From: a virus | Lineage: Duplodnaviria > Caudoviricetes | IMG/VR virus record: IMGVR_UViG_3300037423_000960 | Location: 1 to 64,000 of that record | DNA: 64,000 nt | Direction: 5' to 3' (one strand) | Shown here: positions 17,644-26,307 of the stretch, piece after piece | How positions within the stretch are numbered: the first letter of the stretch is position 1 | Layout of the letters: every line of letters starts with the position of its first letter | Position numbers and translations under genes: made by a program | Notes under the pieces: model-generated | Seen by the model: the letters and a program-made list of their open reading frames with translations, nothing else | Database searches by the model: none | Told to the model about the DNA's origin: nothing

Positions 17644-18159
17644 TTAGTCGCTGTGTGCATCCACCAAAGCTTCGTGCTGCGTGAACTTGTCGTCAGGATA
17701 GAAAGCAACCCAATAGTCGTTTTCTCCGGGAGTGAAGAATTCCACAGCAGGAGGATTATCTATCGTCATGCGCCAGTGTAGCTCACCGGGATGCTCGTAG
17801 TCAACTGATGTGTAGGCGTTCTTATTGTAGCCGTCGTAGCTCAGCTGAACTTGTTTGCTCGAACCATAGTCTTCTACGACGTGGACACGCGCAGGATGGA
17901 CGTGTGCTGCTTTCTCACACTTGGGTCTGGACTTAGACTTGAGTGCTACGACGTAGAACTTCTGCCCGTCTTTGAACGAGCGAAGGCTGTGTCCTAACTT
18001 CATCTCACCCCACGGACTGTAGCGTGTGAAAAGTTTATCTTCGTCGGCCTTGGCGTAAGCCGCCATGAGATCGTTCTCGCACACGCAGGACAACTTACTC
18101 ACACTCCCAGAGCCGAAGTTCAAGACACCATTCAACTGCATCTTCGCGATGACAGGCAT
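17644..18159 (-). CDS. Hypothetical protein with an apparent internal domain duplication
   Basis: 171 aa; GGAGA RBS; both halves end in a similar PxGE...FxxGxxYxV pattern. Confidence 0.7.
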   Translation of the reverse strand: MPVIAKMQLNGVLNFGSGSVSKLSCVCENDLMAAYAKADEDKLFTRYSPWGEMKLGHSLRSFKDGQKFYVVALKSKSRPKCEKAAHVHPARVHVVEDYGSSKQVQLSYDGYNKNAYTSVDYEHPGELHWRMTIDNPPAVEFFTPGENDYWVAFYPDDKFTQHEALVDAHSD

Positions 18160-18273
18160 AGTCTATCTCCATTGAGATTAATTGTGAGGAATCTCGTCTA
18201 CGGAACTCGGACGCAGGGGCCGGAATGTTACGTCGGCGCGCTGCTCACGGGTCTGCCCGTCTGGCGAAGTTCT

Positions 18274-18302
18274 CACTTAGCAGCTCCGAGCCATGTTGAC
18301 AA
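18274..18302 (-). promoter_or_regulatory. TTGTCA-class promoter
   Basis: TTGTCA-N17-TAAGTG with GC before the -10. Confidence 0.6.
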
Positions 18303-18306
18303 GTGA

Positions 18307-18462
18307 TCACCGAGTGTAACGCAGACCGGCGTCAGTGTCTATACAGCGGAGACACATTCGGCAGTTGATCTCAGGTTCGCGCGTCTGAAACAACTCGGGA
18401 TGAGGCTTTCCGCAGCGAGCACGACCATCAGGAAGAATATAGTGAACTCGTGGGTACGTCAT
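18307..18462 (-). CDS. Small Zn-finger-like protein (51 aa), not in the ORF track
   Basis: ATGA overlap with the upstream stop; MTYPRVHYILPDGRARCG...INCRMCLRC. Confidence 0.55.
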   Translation of the reverse strand: MTYPRVHYILPDGRARCGKPHPELFQTREPEINCRMCLRCIDTDAGLRYTR

Positions 18463-18998
18463 ACGTCATGCTCCCAACCGAGCTCTCCGTAGAACATCGC
18501 ACGGACATTAGGATCGTGAAGATTGTAGATAGGAATCTTGTGCGCCTCGGCGATACGGAGAGTCTGACCAGTTCCACCGGAAGCCTTTCCGTCCTTAGTC
18601 CAGCAGACTACGAACTTTGACGGAGTGTGACAGTCCGCTCCGAGAACCTGGAAGGTGTTGCGAGTGTGCATCTTTCTCGCACCCTCGGAGCAGGCCTCCC
18701 AGTTCGGATGAAACTTTTCGGCGATGCTACGAGCTTCTCCTAGTGCCAGCTTGGAGTCCGGAATTGTCTGAGGGCGACGCTCGAATCCGTGCCACGGTAC
18801 GAAGATCTCCATCTGCACGAGAACTGGAGTACCGTACTCGAAGGCCTGATCTGCTCCCTTAGCTCCTCCGCTTCGTAGCGTGTAGCCGCGATCAGCTAGC
18901 ATACGTGCGATGCCACGCATCAGACCGAGGATATTTCCAGGAGTCTCTCTACTACCGATCCCGGCGTAGGCGGCGTAGTCTTCAACCCTCTCGAACAC
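18459..18998 (-). CDS. SLOG-superfamily (DprA/YspA-like) protein
   Basis: YAGIGSRETP...LRSGGAKGADQAFE...SGGTGQTLRIA; GTG at 18998 with GGAGG RBS. Confidence 0.8.
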   Translation of the reverse strand: MFERVEDYAAYAGIGSRETPGNILGLMRGIARMLADRGYTLRSGGAKGADQAFEYGTPVLVQMEIFVPWHGFERRPQTIPDSKLALGEARSIAEKFHPNWEACSEGARKMHTRNTFQVLGADCHTPSKFVVCWTKDGKASGGTGQTLRIAEAHKIPIYNLHDPNVRAMFYGELGWEHDV

Positions 18999-19335
18999 GT
19001 TCGTCGGCCTCCCACATAAGACGTCTCTTGAAGCGCTCCATGTCGTATAGGTGCGACCCTGCGTTGGCTTCACTCGTGAAAAACATCTCACGATCTGAGC
19101 TTTTCTCCCCGCGCATTCCTATCACGAGTACAGTCTCAAATGGGTCGAGAATGTGCTCTCGTATCGCGCCCAGGAGTACGTTCTGAACCGGCACAGATTC
19201 TTTCGTCTGCATGTCAAGGCGCACGACGCTAGAAGCTGTCTGACGGTTAATGAGATCGTGCAGCACGGCAGCGTCTTCTTGCGACCAATGGTGCCCGCTA
19301 AGATGTTTGACGGCGAGATCAAGTAGAGTGGGCAT
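18982..19335 (-). CDS. Hypothetical protein
   Basis: ATG at 19335 with GAGG RBS. Confidence 0.55.
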   Translation of the reverse strand: MPTLLDLAVKHLSGHHWSQEDAAVLHDLINRQTASSVVRLDMQTKESVPVQNVLLGAIREHILDPFETVLVIGMRGEKSSDREMFFTSEANAGSHLYDMERFKRRLMWEADERVREG

Positions 19336-19532
19336 TAAGATACCTCGTCGGTGCAGATAATGGTGTACCACATAGAGTCGCTTGGGGTCACCACTTGAAA
19401 AACTGTGTATCCTTGGCTCTCGATATGGTTTAGATATCTTACAAGCGAAGGAGACTCCTTGAAGCCCTCTGGAGCGTTTTCCTGTGAGCCTGTGTAGCGA
19501 TAGAGATTGAACTCTGCGAACTTACGATTCAT
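19335..19532 (-). CDS. Small hypothetical protein
   Basis: 65-aa ORF with GAGG RBS, coupled to its neighbours. Confidence 0.5.
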   Translation of the reverse strand: MNRKFAEFNLYRYTGSQENAPEGFKESPSLVRYLNHIESQGYTVFQVVTPSDSMWYTIICTDEVS

Positions 19533-19533
19533 A

Positions 19534-21006
19534 CTACCTCACTAAGTCGCAGTGCTGAGAGGCGCGCGTGATGGCCGTGTACAGCCAACGATCATGACCA
19601 TCTCCGGGCCAGTCGTCGCAGACTATGATTTGCTTCCACTCTGAGCCTTGGGACTGATGACAGGTAATCGCGTATCCCCACCAGAACTTCCCGAACTGGT
19701 CGTCAAGATAATCAGTCTGCGAACGGCCTCCAAAGCCTCTGGTCCACGCATCCACGTTCGTAATGACTCGACCGTAAGGGTCCTCAATGTCCATTCGCGT
19801 GACGGAACCGTTGCGCGTGAGCTCACTTCTCTTGACGGTGTAGAGCTCACCATTCATTATTCCTCTCTTCTTGTCGTTGAACACGGCGACAATCTTTTCA
19901 CCGACTTGAGGATAGGCGGTGTTGAATCCCAGCTTTCCCCTGACGAAGCGGCATAGTCTCTCGCGAGTCTTGTGAGTGCCACAGATGATTTGATCGATCT
20001 CTAGCCACGACGAGTCAGGAAGCGTGTTGCGGCCATGGATGTTCAGGCTCTCGTTACGAGAAATCTGACCTCCGCTGCGTAACTTCTCACCGGCGAGAGG
20101 GATACCAGCGCCGACACCCTTCTGCCGCTCGATGCGAGTTAGAACTGTATGAGGCCTGACGTTGTGCCAGAAGGGCTTCGCCTTTACGGGCGGGAGCTGG
20201 AAGGGGTCGCCAACGAGAATCGTCGGGATACCGAAGGAGATAATATCCTTACCGATAGTCTCGTTGACCATGGAGGACTCGTCCACCATGATGAGGCTGA
20301 ACTTCTCCATCAGCTCCTGAGGTTCCTTCTTCCTCACTGGAAGATCCTCGGCCATGAGGTCGCGAATATTCTGCTTGTGCTGAGACAATTTCTCAGTCTT
20401 CACCTTCTCGAAGATCTTCTGTCTCTCGATAGGGTCGCTAGGAAGCTCCAGGCCCTCGAACTTAAGAATCGTCTCACCACGTTCCTCACAGAACTTACGG
20501 AACTCTGTCTCGTCGAAGGCTAGACCATCGCGCTCCAGTAATTCGTCGTACTCCGAGCGAAGATCTTGCCCGGACTGGACGATGAGGGCCTCGCTGAGTT
20601 GATTGAAGCTCTTAGCTTCCTCCCACATCCTGAGGCGTTCTCGCTGAAAGTTGATCTCCTCCGACACCGTGATGTAGATCAGCTTATGAATCGTCTGGGT
20701 GAACATCCCAGTCTTGTTGGCGAGGACCTTAGCTGCTCGATTAGTCGGAGCACACAGAGCCACGCGAGAGTACGGGGTTCTGAGACGTCCTATGAGTATC
20801 CTCAGTAGTGTCGTCTTACCCGTTCCGGCATACCCCTGCATCACGTAGGGGGCCTCGTGGGCGCGACCGGAGTTAAACCAACGAACTGCATCATCGACAG
20901 CGGCACGTTGCTGCGGATTCAGATCGTCATAAGTTAACTCAACAGCCGCGCCCACTCGCCCCGCCCCGGAGCTCTCGTCTGCAACTTCAACCGTCACTGC
21001 ATTCAC
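19534..21006 (-). CDS. SF1B (RecD/Dda-like) DNA helicase
   Basis: QGYAGTGKTT, CAPTNRAA, VDESSM, GDPFQLPPV, GYAITCHQSQGSEW and LYTAITRA motifs; GTG at 21006 with AGGAG RBS. Confidence 0.9.
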   Translation of the reverse strand: MNAVTVEVADESSGAGRVGAAVELTYDDLNPQQRAAVDDAVRWFNSGRAHEAPYVMQGYAGTGKTTLLRILIGRLRTPYSRVALCAPTNRAAKVLANKTGMFTQTIHKLIYITVSEEINFQRERLRMWEEAKSFNQLSEALIVQSGQDLRSEYDELLERDGLAFDETEFRKFCEERGETILKFEGLELPSDPIERQKIFEKVKTEKLSQHKQNIRDLMAEDLPVRKKEPQELMEKFSLIMVDESSMVNETIGKDIISFGIPTILVGDPFQLPPVKAKPFWHNVRPHTVLTRIERQKGVGAGIPLAGEKLRSGGQISRNESLNIHGRNTLPDSSWLEIDQIICGTHKTRERLCRFVRGKLGFNTAYPQVGEKIVAVFNDKKRGIMNGELYTVKRSELTRNGSVTRMDIEDPYGRVITNVDAWTRGFGGRSQTDYLDDQFGKFWWGYAITCHQSQGSEWKQIIVCDDWPGDGHDRWLYTAITRASQHCDLVR

Positions 21007-21031
21007 GTGGAAATTCTCCTGTGAGGCTAGA

Positions 21032-21274
21032 TTATTCCGGCATAGGCTCGCTACAGCCGGCGACGACGAACTGAGGATTATGACCCCCGTAGCTGTCGCC
21101 GAACTGACCAAGGGCAGTCTTCAGCGCCTCCATACCGGCGCTGAGATTCGCGATATCTCCGAGAGCACCAACAGCTCCGGCGAGCGCTGAGTAGGCTTCG
21201 TCCAGCGCAGAGCGAGAGATAAGAAACTGTTCGCTCTGCGGCGGATCACCATGGGGCATGTCATCCTCGTCCAT
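21032..21274 (-). CDS. Hypothetical protein
   Basis: 80-aa ORF with a strong AAGGAG RBS. Confidence 0.55.
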   Translation of the reverse strand: MDEDDMPHGDPPQSEQFLISRSALDEAYSALAGAVGALGDIANLSAGMEALKTALGQFGDSYGGHNPQFVVAGCSEPMPE

Positions 21275-21312
21275 TAGGTTTCTCCTTTATGAAGGTCGAT
21301 GTCGCACTCACG

Positions 21313-21807
21313 CTAGAAGTTCTCCGCCTTCTGTGGCCCATCCTCAGGAACCGTAGGCCAGACGTACGGAAGATCAGGCGGCTCGGTCCAGTCGAACTGA
21401 CCGTAGTGTGTAGGATCCTTCCGTAGAAGGTTGCTGCGATGACTGGCGTGAAAAGCCTCGTCGCCGAGCCACGGCGGCATGGAAATACTCCACTCAGCAT
21501 TACCGATATCGTCTGACAGAAACTCCATCGTGTTGTTGTACCCGCGACGCACCCACTCGTAGATCATGCTCATCTGATAGAGAGCTAAGGCATGTTCGTA
21601 GCCTCGCCACATCTTCGCGGCAGGATGATTCTTCCATCCTGCTCTAGAATGAACCACCGGAATGATACGTGAGATTTGACCCCGGAGTACTTCAAAACCG
21701 AGAGCAGATAGAAGCTGCTTACACTCTACGCGCTGCTTCCCGAGACGGCGATAGTCTAAGACCTTAGCCGACTCAACGAAGCTAGGGTAAGGGAGAAAAG
21801 TCTGCAT
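21313..21807 (-). CDS. MSMEG_6728 / pyrimidine-dimer glycosylase (DenV-like) family protein
   Basis: MQTFLPYPSF...LDYRRLGKQRVE...HPAAKMWRGY...HRSNLLRKDP...LPYVWP signature. Confidence 0.8.
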   Translation of the reverse strand: MQTFLPYPSFVESAKVLDYRRLGKQRVECKQLLSALGFEVLRGQISRIIPVVHSRAGWKNHPAAKMWRGYEHALALYQMSMIYEWVRRGYNNTMEFLSDDIGNAEWSISMPPWLGDEAFHASHRSNLLRKDPTHYGQFDWTEPPDLPYVWPTVPEDGPQKAENF

Positions 21808-22642
21808 GAGCCTCCTTGTAGGGTCGCACCCATTCGGGGAACTTCTTAAGCATACTAGCAAAGGTAAGCTCTTCCAGCAAGCCGCGGACTGCGCCTTCGT
21901 CAAACGTACCCATGCGGGTTCTCAGTCCTGGAATCTCGCGGATGTCGCGAAGCTCGATGAGTGCCTTGTTTCGCAGATAGAGCTCGTCTCCAGAGAAGAA
22001 GCGATCCAGGCGTTCCTGCTTCGTAGGACCAACGCTCATGCCCATGAGGTACTTCTTGATCGTGAGCTCTCCGACACCGTCGATGCCATCAACGCAGTCC
22101 ACGCCGTCGCCGATAGCGCAGAGTCCCTTTACGAATTCGTCAGGACTACTCCACCCGGTGATCTCTGCAAAGTTATCCACCGTGACCAGCTTCTTCTCGG
22201 CCTTGCGACCTTCCTGCTTGCAGCGATAGTAGATAGAGATTCCAGGTCGCACTAGCTGGAGCCAGTCTTTATCGTTACTGACGAGAATGGCGTGGTCCAG
22301 AGTGTTTGCCAGCATGGCTCCGATGTCGTCCGCCTCGAAGCCCTCGGCGTGAAGCTGGTCGGCTCCTACAGCTTCGAGGAAATTCTCGACTTGTTGAAGC
22401 ATGATGCGTTTAGCGTCATTCATAGACGAGGGGCGATCACCCTTGTAGCCAGGATGAATCGTCGTGCGACGCTCGCTCCCGCGATCCCAGCATACGAAGA
22501 TGCCGCGAGGGCCGAACTTCTTCACGGCAGATGTGAGTTGCGTCACGAAGCTGTACGTGTAGCCATTCGTTAGAAACGCCGCCGGTCCTGCGACGGAGTG
22601 AAAAACGGACAGCCCGTCGACTATAAGCGCTGGTCTCTGCAT
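21782..22642 (-). CDS. 5'-3' exonuclease / flap endonuclease
   Basis: LIVDG, WD, YKGDR, FEADDIGA, SNDKDWLQ and GDGVD motifs. Confidence 0.88.
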   Translation of the reverse strand: MQRPALIVDGLSVFHSVAGPAAFLTNGYTYSFVTQLTSAVKKFGPRGIFVCWDRGSERRTTIHPGYKGDRPSSMNDAKRIMLQQVENFLEAVGADQLHAEGFEADDIGAMLANTLDHAILVSNDKDWLQLVRPGISIYYRCKQEGRKAEKKLVTVDNFAEITGWSSPDEFVKGLCAIGDGVDCVDGIDGVGELTIKKYLMGMSVGPTKQERLDRFFSGDELYLRNKALIELRDIREIPGLRTRMGTFDEGAVRGLLEELTFASMLKKFPEWVRPYKEAHADFSPLP

Positions 22643-22693
22643 GTTTACATCGTGCCCTTCTGAGTGCTCCTGTGCTACTACCGCGCCGCCAAC

Positions 22694-23197
22694 CTAGCGC
22701 CCGCTGCTACCAAAGCCGCCGGAGCCTCTCTGACTGTCCTCGAGGCTCTTGGACTCTGTGAAGTGGGTGCGTACCGTTGGCCGCATTACAGCCTGTGCCA
22801 CCCGGTCTCCCGGTGCAATGGTTTGGGTGGCCTCGGTGACGTTCATGAGAATCACGCACCACTCTCCGCGATAGTCTGCGTCGATCACGCCGGTGAGTAC
22901 GACCAGACCTTTGAGAGCCATGCCGCTGCGAGACTCGATGCGACAGTGAATGTCCGGGTGCATCTCTGTGGCGAATCCGAGAGGAATCTTAGCAATGCGC
23001 CCAGGACCGAGCACACAACGATAGATCGCCGTAAGATCATATCCAGCAGCACTGAGAGAACCTCGCTGCGGAATCTTTGCGTCTGGATGTAGCCGCTGGA
23101 ACTTCGTCGGATAGCTGGTGAAGTCGCTAGGCACGACATCCAAGTCTACGATGTGCGGCTCAGAATTCCCAGTATTTTCTCTAGTGCTAGCACCCAT
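22694..23197 (-). CDS. dut: Trimeric dUTPase
   Basis: AGYDL, RSG, GVIDADYRGE, DRVAQ and RGSGGFGSSG motifs; ATG overlaps the Pol stop (TGATG). Confidence 0.92.
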   Translation of the reverse strand: MGASTRENTGNSEPHIVDLDVVPSDFTSYPTKFQRLHPDAKIPQRGSLSAAGYDLTAIYRCVLGPGRIAKIPLGFATEMHPDIHCRIESRSGMALKGLVVLTGVIDADYRGEWCVILMNVTEATQTIAPGDRVAQAVMRPTVRTHFTESKSLEDSQRGSGGFGSSGR

Positions 23198-25176
23198 CAC
23201 AGTTCTCCCGTCAGAAACTTTTCGTAGTTCTCTGCGCCCTGCTTCTCCATAGAAGCTTCGCCCCAAGTGCGGCCACTGGCGACGTCGATCTTAATGGGGA
23301 TGGTTAGCTCCATGGCGCTCTCCATGATCTCCTGAGCCAAGTTCACGGTCTTGACGCTTGCAGAGCTGATGTCGATCTCGTCGTGAACTGTGCCGTGAGG
23401 AAGAATACCTGAGCGGTACATCTCGCGCAGCGCCATCTTTGTCATGTCTGCGGCGCTTCCCTGGATAAGACGATTCAGTGCCTTGTTGAGAAACTTGTAA
23501 GTACGCCCGTCGTCCTCTTTCGGGAAACGGAATCGTCGTCCCACTGGAGTCTTAATGTAACCCTTCTGCTTGACAGCGTTCTGGGCCTTGCGAGCAAGCT
23601 GGCGAATGAATGGAGCCTGCTCGTCGAAGACAGCCATCAACTCCTGAGCCTCGGGGCCAGCCTTGAGATATTTGAACTCCTGATCACCCTTCATGAAGGA
23701 AGCCTCGGTGTACGGTAGACCGAGCGATAATGCCAGCTTTCCGCCGCCCATCCCGTAGGCCACGCCCAGATTGATAATCTTCGCTGGTTTGCGCTTCTTG
23801 GGATCCTTCCAGTCCTCCAGGACTGTGGCGACCATCTTGCGGGTTTCGTCGTGCAGGTCGGTACGCGGATTGGCTCTAAATCGATCAGCCATCTCGCGAG
23901 CCTTCATGCAGCCCGTGATCTCGGCAAAGTGAACTGTCAGACGAGGCTCTTGCGAAGAGTAGTCCATCACATGGAAGAACTCACCCTCCTCAGGAAGAAT
24001 CATGCTGCGAACCATTAAGCCTAGCTCAGGATCCTTGTCTGGCGAGGGAAAATTCTGGAAATTCGGCTGAGAAGAACTGAACCGCCCTGACAGCGCTCCG
24101 CGAACACCAGCCTTCAGCTCCTTACCGAGAACTCCTCCGCTGTCGTCGTCACGCTTGAGGGGATTGAAGTTCGGGAAGATGCGTCCGCCTTCCTGGAGGT
24201 AGAGCAGATTGTTCTCGAGAAACGTGGATCTAATGTTGTTCGTCTTGCGGCCGCGAAGAATAGCGTTTGCAACTGGATGGGATAGAGATCGTAGCCAGTC
24301 TGCCGTGATACTCGGCTGCTCGGTCTTCTCGGTGAGGCCGTACTTAATGCTGAGCTTGTCAAATATTCGCGAGAGTTCTGCGGCATTGTCCCAGCTTCCT
24401 ACAGTGATCCCAGTCTTATCCTTGATAAACCGTCTGGCGAGATCTTCTTCGTGAACTAACTTGCGCTGCTGAATCTCGATGCCCGGAACGTCGACACGAA
24501 CTCCGCGCATCCGCATATCTACGAGCATTGGGATAAGATCACACTCGAGCTCGTAGACTTTCTGGAGCTCCTGTTCCTCCATGATGGGATTGTAGAAGTC
24601 CCACAGAAGTCGAGTGATTGCGACGTCCTCACGACCGTAGATACCTACGACGTCGGGATGCACCCTCATGAGATGCATCTTGATGTTGTCAGCCTTCGTG
24701 TTCTTCACACCGAGTTTCTTAGCTGCCTCAGCTAATGCGCGCTCGTCCTTACCACGTCCCACGAGGTCTTTGGCTAACCGATCTAGCTGATAGTTCGGAC
24801 GATGCTCGTCCACGAGCGGAGCCTGAAACGAGACATCCTCTATGCGACCTGAGATCTTAATTCCCTCAGCACGAAACCAACCGACGTCGTACTGTGCGTG
24901 GAAGAAGATCTTAGGTTGAGAATCGTCCTTCGTCAACTGACTACTCAGCCAGCTCTTCACCTTCACGGGATCTAGATTTCCCTCAGTGTGCCCGATGGGT
25001 AGATACTCGTGGAAGTTTTCAGCGTGAACTGCGATGCCGATTATCTTCCCGCCGTTCTGACCCTCGCGAGAATAGGACCAGCCGGAGCCTCTCGTCTTCA
25101 GGAGAGGATCGTGAGTTTCTGAGTCTAGGGTAATCGGACCGTGAAGCTCGGGAAGATCCGAGAACATGTCTAGCAT
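23197..25176 (-). CDS. polA: DNA polymerase family A with 3'-5' exonuclease domain
   Basis: LDSET, FHAQYD, GRFSSSQPNFQN, DYSSQEPR, AKIINLGVAYG, NRLIQGSAAD and VHDEI motifs; start moved to ATG 25176 because a promoter overlaps the TTG at 25263. Confidence 0.92.
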   Translation of the reverse strand: MLDMFSDLPELHGPITLDSETHDPLLKTRGSGWSYSREGQNGGKIIGIAVHAENFHEYLPIGHTEGNLDPVKVKSWLSSQLTKDDSQPKIFFHAQYDVGWFRAEGIKISGRIEDVSFQAPLVDEHRPNYQLDRLAKDLVGRGKDERALAEAAKKLGVKNTKADNIKMHLMRVHPDVVGIYGREDVAITRLLWDFYNPIMEEQELQKVYELECDLIPMLVDMRMRGVRVDVPGIEIQQRKLVHEEDLARRFIKDKTGITVGSWDNAAELSRIFDKLSIKYGLTEKTEQPSITADWLRSLSHPVANAILRGRKTNNIRSTFLENNLLYLQEGGRIFPNFNPLKRDDDSGGVLGKELKAGVRGALSGRFSSSQPNFQNFPSPDKDPELGLMVRSMILPEEGEFFHVMDYSSQEPRLTVHFAEITGCMKAREMADRFRANPRTDLHDETRKMVATVLEDWKDPKKRKPAKIINLGVAYGMGGGKLALSLGLPYTEASFMKGDQEFKYLKAGPEAQELMAVFDEQAPFIRQLARKAQNAVKQKGYIKTPVGRRFRFPKEDDGRTYKFLNKALNRLIQGSAADMTKMALREMYRSGILPHGTVHDEIDISSASVKTVNLAQEIMESAMELTIPIKIDVASGRTWGEASMEKQGAENYEKFLTGEL

Positions 25177-25234
25177 TGACGTTGGCTTTCGCTTACTGCG
25201 ACTACCCTGTCTAACAGGGCCGTCCAGAAGCTCT

Positions 25235-25263
25235 TGTATAAAGCTGGTTTGTTCTGTTGACAA
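25235..25263 (-). promoter_or_regulatory. TTGTCA-class promoter for polA
   Basis: TTGTCA-N17-TATACA. Confidence 0.55.
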
Positions 25264-25264
25264 G

Positions 25265-25753
25265 CTACGCGGCCAGTGCCTGAGCTTTCTCGAGAAGCGC
25301 GGACATATGCTTCCGCGCTAATTCTATGCCTAGCCGAGAGTCCCAAGTGCAGAGATGTGAGATAGCGAGTTGCTCGTCGGCGTCCGAGATGCCGTTCTGC
25401 TCAAAGAACATCTGGAGATCGCTGTAGGGAGCACGGCCAGTCGGCGCATAGTCGTACTGTACGATACACTCAAGAATCTTATCGCAGTAGTGGACGCCCT
25501 TCTGTAAATCCTCGACTCCGTTCTTCTTCCTCCAGCGTGAGGCATACTTAGAACCGCAGCTCTCGAGATAGCCGATGCGATTCTTGGCACACAGATCCCA
25601 GTGCTGAAACTTCGCACCCTTGTAGTGACTGCCTCCATGCTGGATGTCGTTGGCACTCGGTTGCTTCTTGCTTCCGGTGGAATGCTCGCAGTAGCCAAGA
25701 GTCTGCCCACAGACTGAACAGTTGCCCTCGCGACAGTTGTCGTAGTGTCCCAT
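25265..25753 (-). CDS. DUF3310-family protein
   Basis: ANDIQHGGSHYK...KYASRWRKKNGVEDLQKGVHY signature. Confidence 0.8.
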   Translation of the reverse strand: MGHYDNCREGNCSVCGQTLGYCEHSTGSKKQPSANDIQHGGSHYKGAKFQHWDLCAKNRIGYLESCGSKYASRWRKKNGVEDLQKGVHYCDKILECIVQYDYAPTGRAPYSDLQMFFEQNGISDADEQLAISHLCTWDSRLGIELARKHMSALLEKAQALAA

Positions 25754-26307
25754 CAGCTTCTAGCCTTTCTCCATTGACCGTCAAGATCTCTGCGCATGTT
25801 CGCGATGTTCGTCATGAGCCACGGAGACATAGTGACGAACTCAGCTCTGTAAAGTTCTAGTGTCTGAGTCATTTTGTCCCAGGCTCTCTTATAGTAGATC
25901 TCCGCGTAGCGATTGCCGAGCATCCTCTCATGGATCATACTGACGCAGAACTCAGCACGATCACACAGTTCGACGAGCCCCCACTCAGGATCAGTGAGAC
26001 CCTCTATCAAAGAGTAGAGAGCTTGAGGTAACGTGGTTCTCATGTGATCACGCTCAAGCTTGTCCATGAGAGTCTCCAGTACAGGATCGGACCACTTTGT
26101 CGGACCCGGCATATCTCCCGTAGCCTTCTCGCCGAAGTCATGGAGCTGAGCGGCTATGATAATCTCTCGCCGGGCATCAGGCCAGAGCATAAGAAGAAGG
26201 AGAACGACTCCCCACGTATGCTCGCTGATATTCTCAGCGTGGATGTTCTCCATCGTGTGCTTTCGCCGAACCTTTCCGGAGAGCCACGCGTCTACGAAGG
26301 AGATCAT
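25753..26307 (-). CDS. HD-domain deoxynucleotide phosphohydrolase (YfbR/DatZ-like)
   Basis: VRRKHT...ENISEHTW...LHD..E..TGDMP...K...CDRAE motifs. Confidence 0.85.
   Translation of the reverse strand: MISFVDAWLSGKVRRKHTMENIHAENISEHTWGVVLLLLMLWPDARREIIIAAQLHDFGEKATGDMPGPTKWSDPVLETLMDKLERDHMRTTLPQALYSLIEGLTDPEWGLVELCDRAEFCVSMIHERMLGNRYAEIYYKRAWDKMTQTLELYRAEFVTMSPWLMTNIANMRRDLDGQWRKARS

Noticed and set aside
25177-25263. TTG start for PolA at 25263
   Set aside because: The TTG is the -35 box of a TTGTCA-N17-TATACA promoter, so translation should start downstream; some uncertainty remains.
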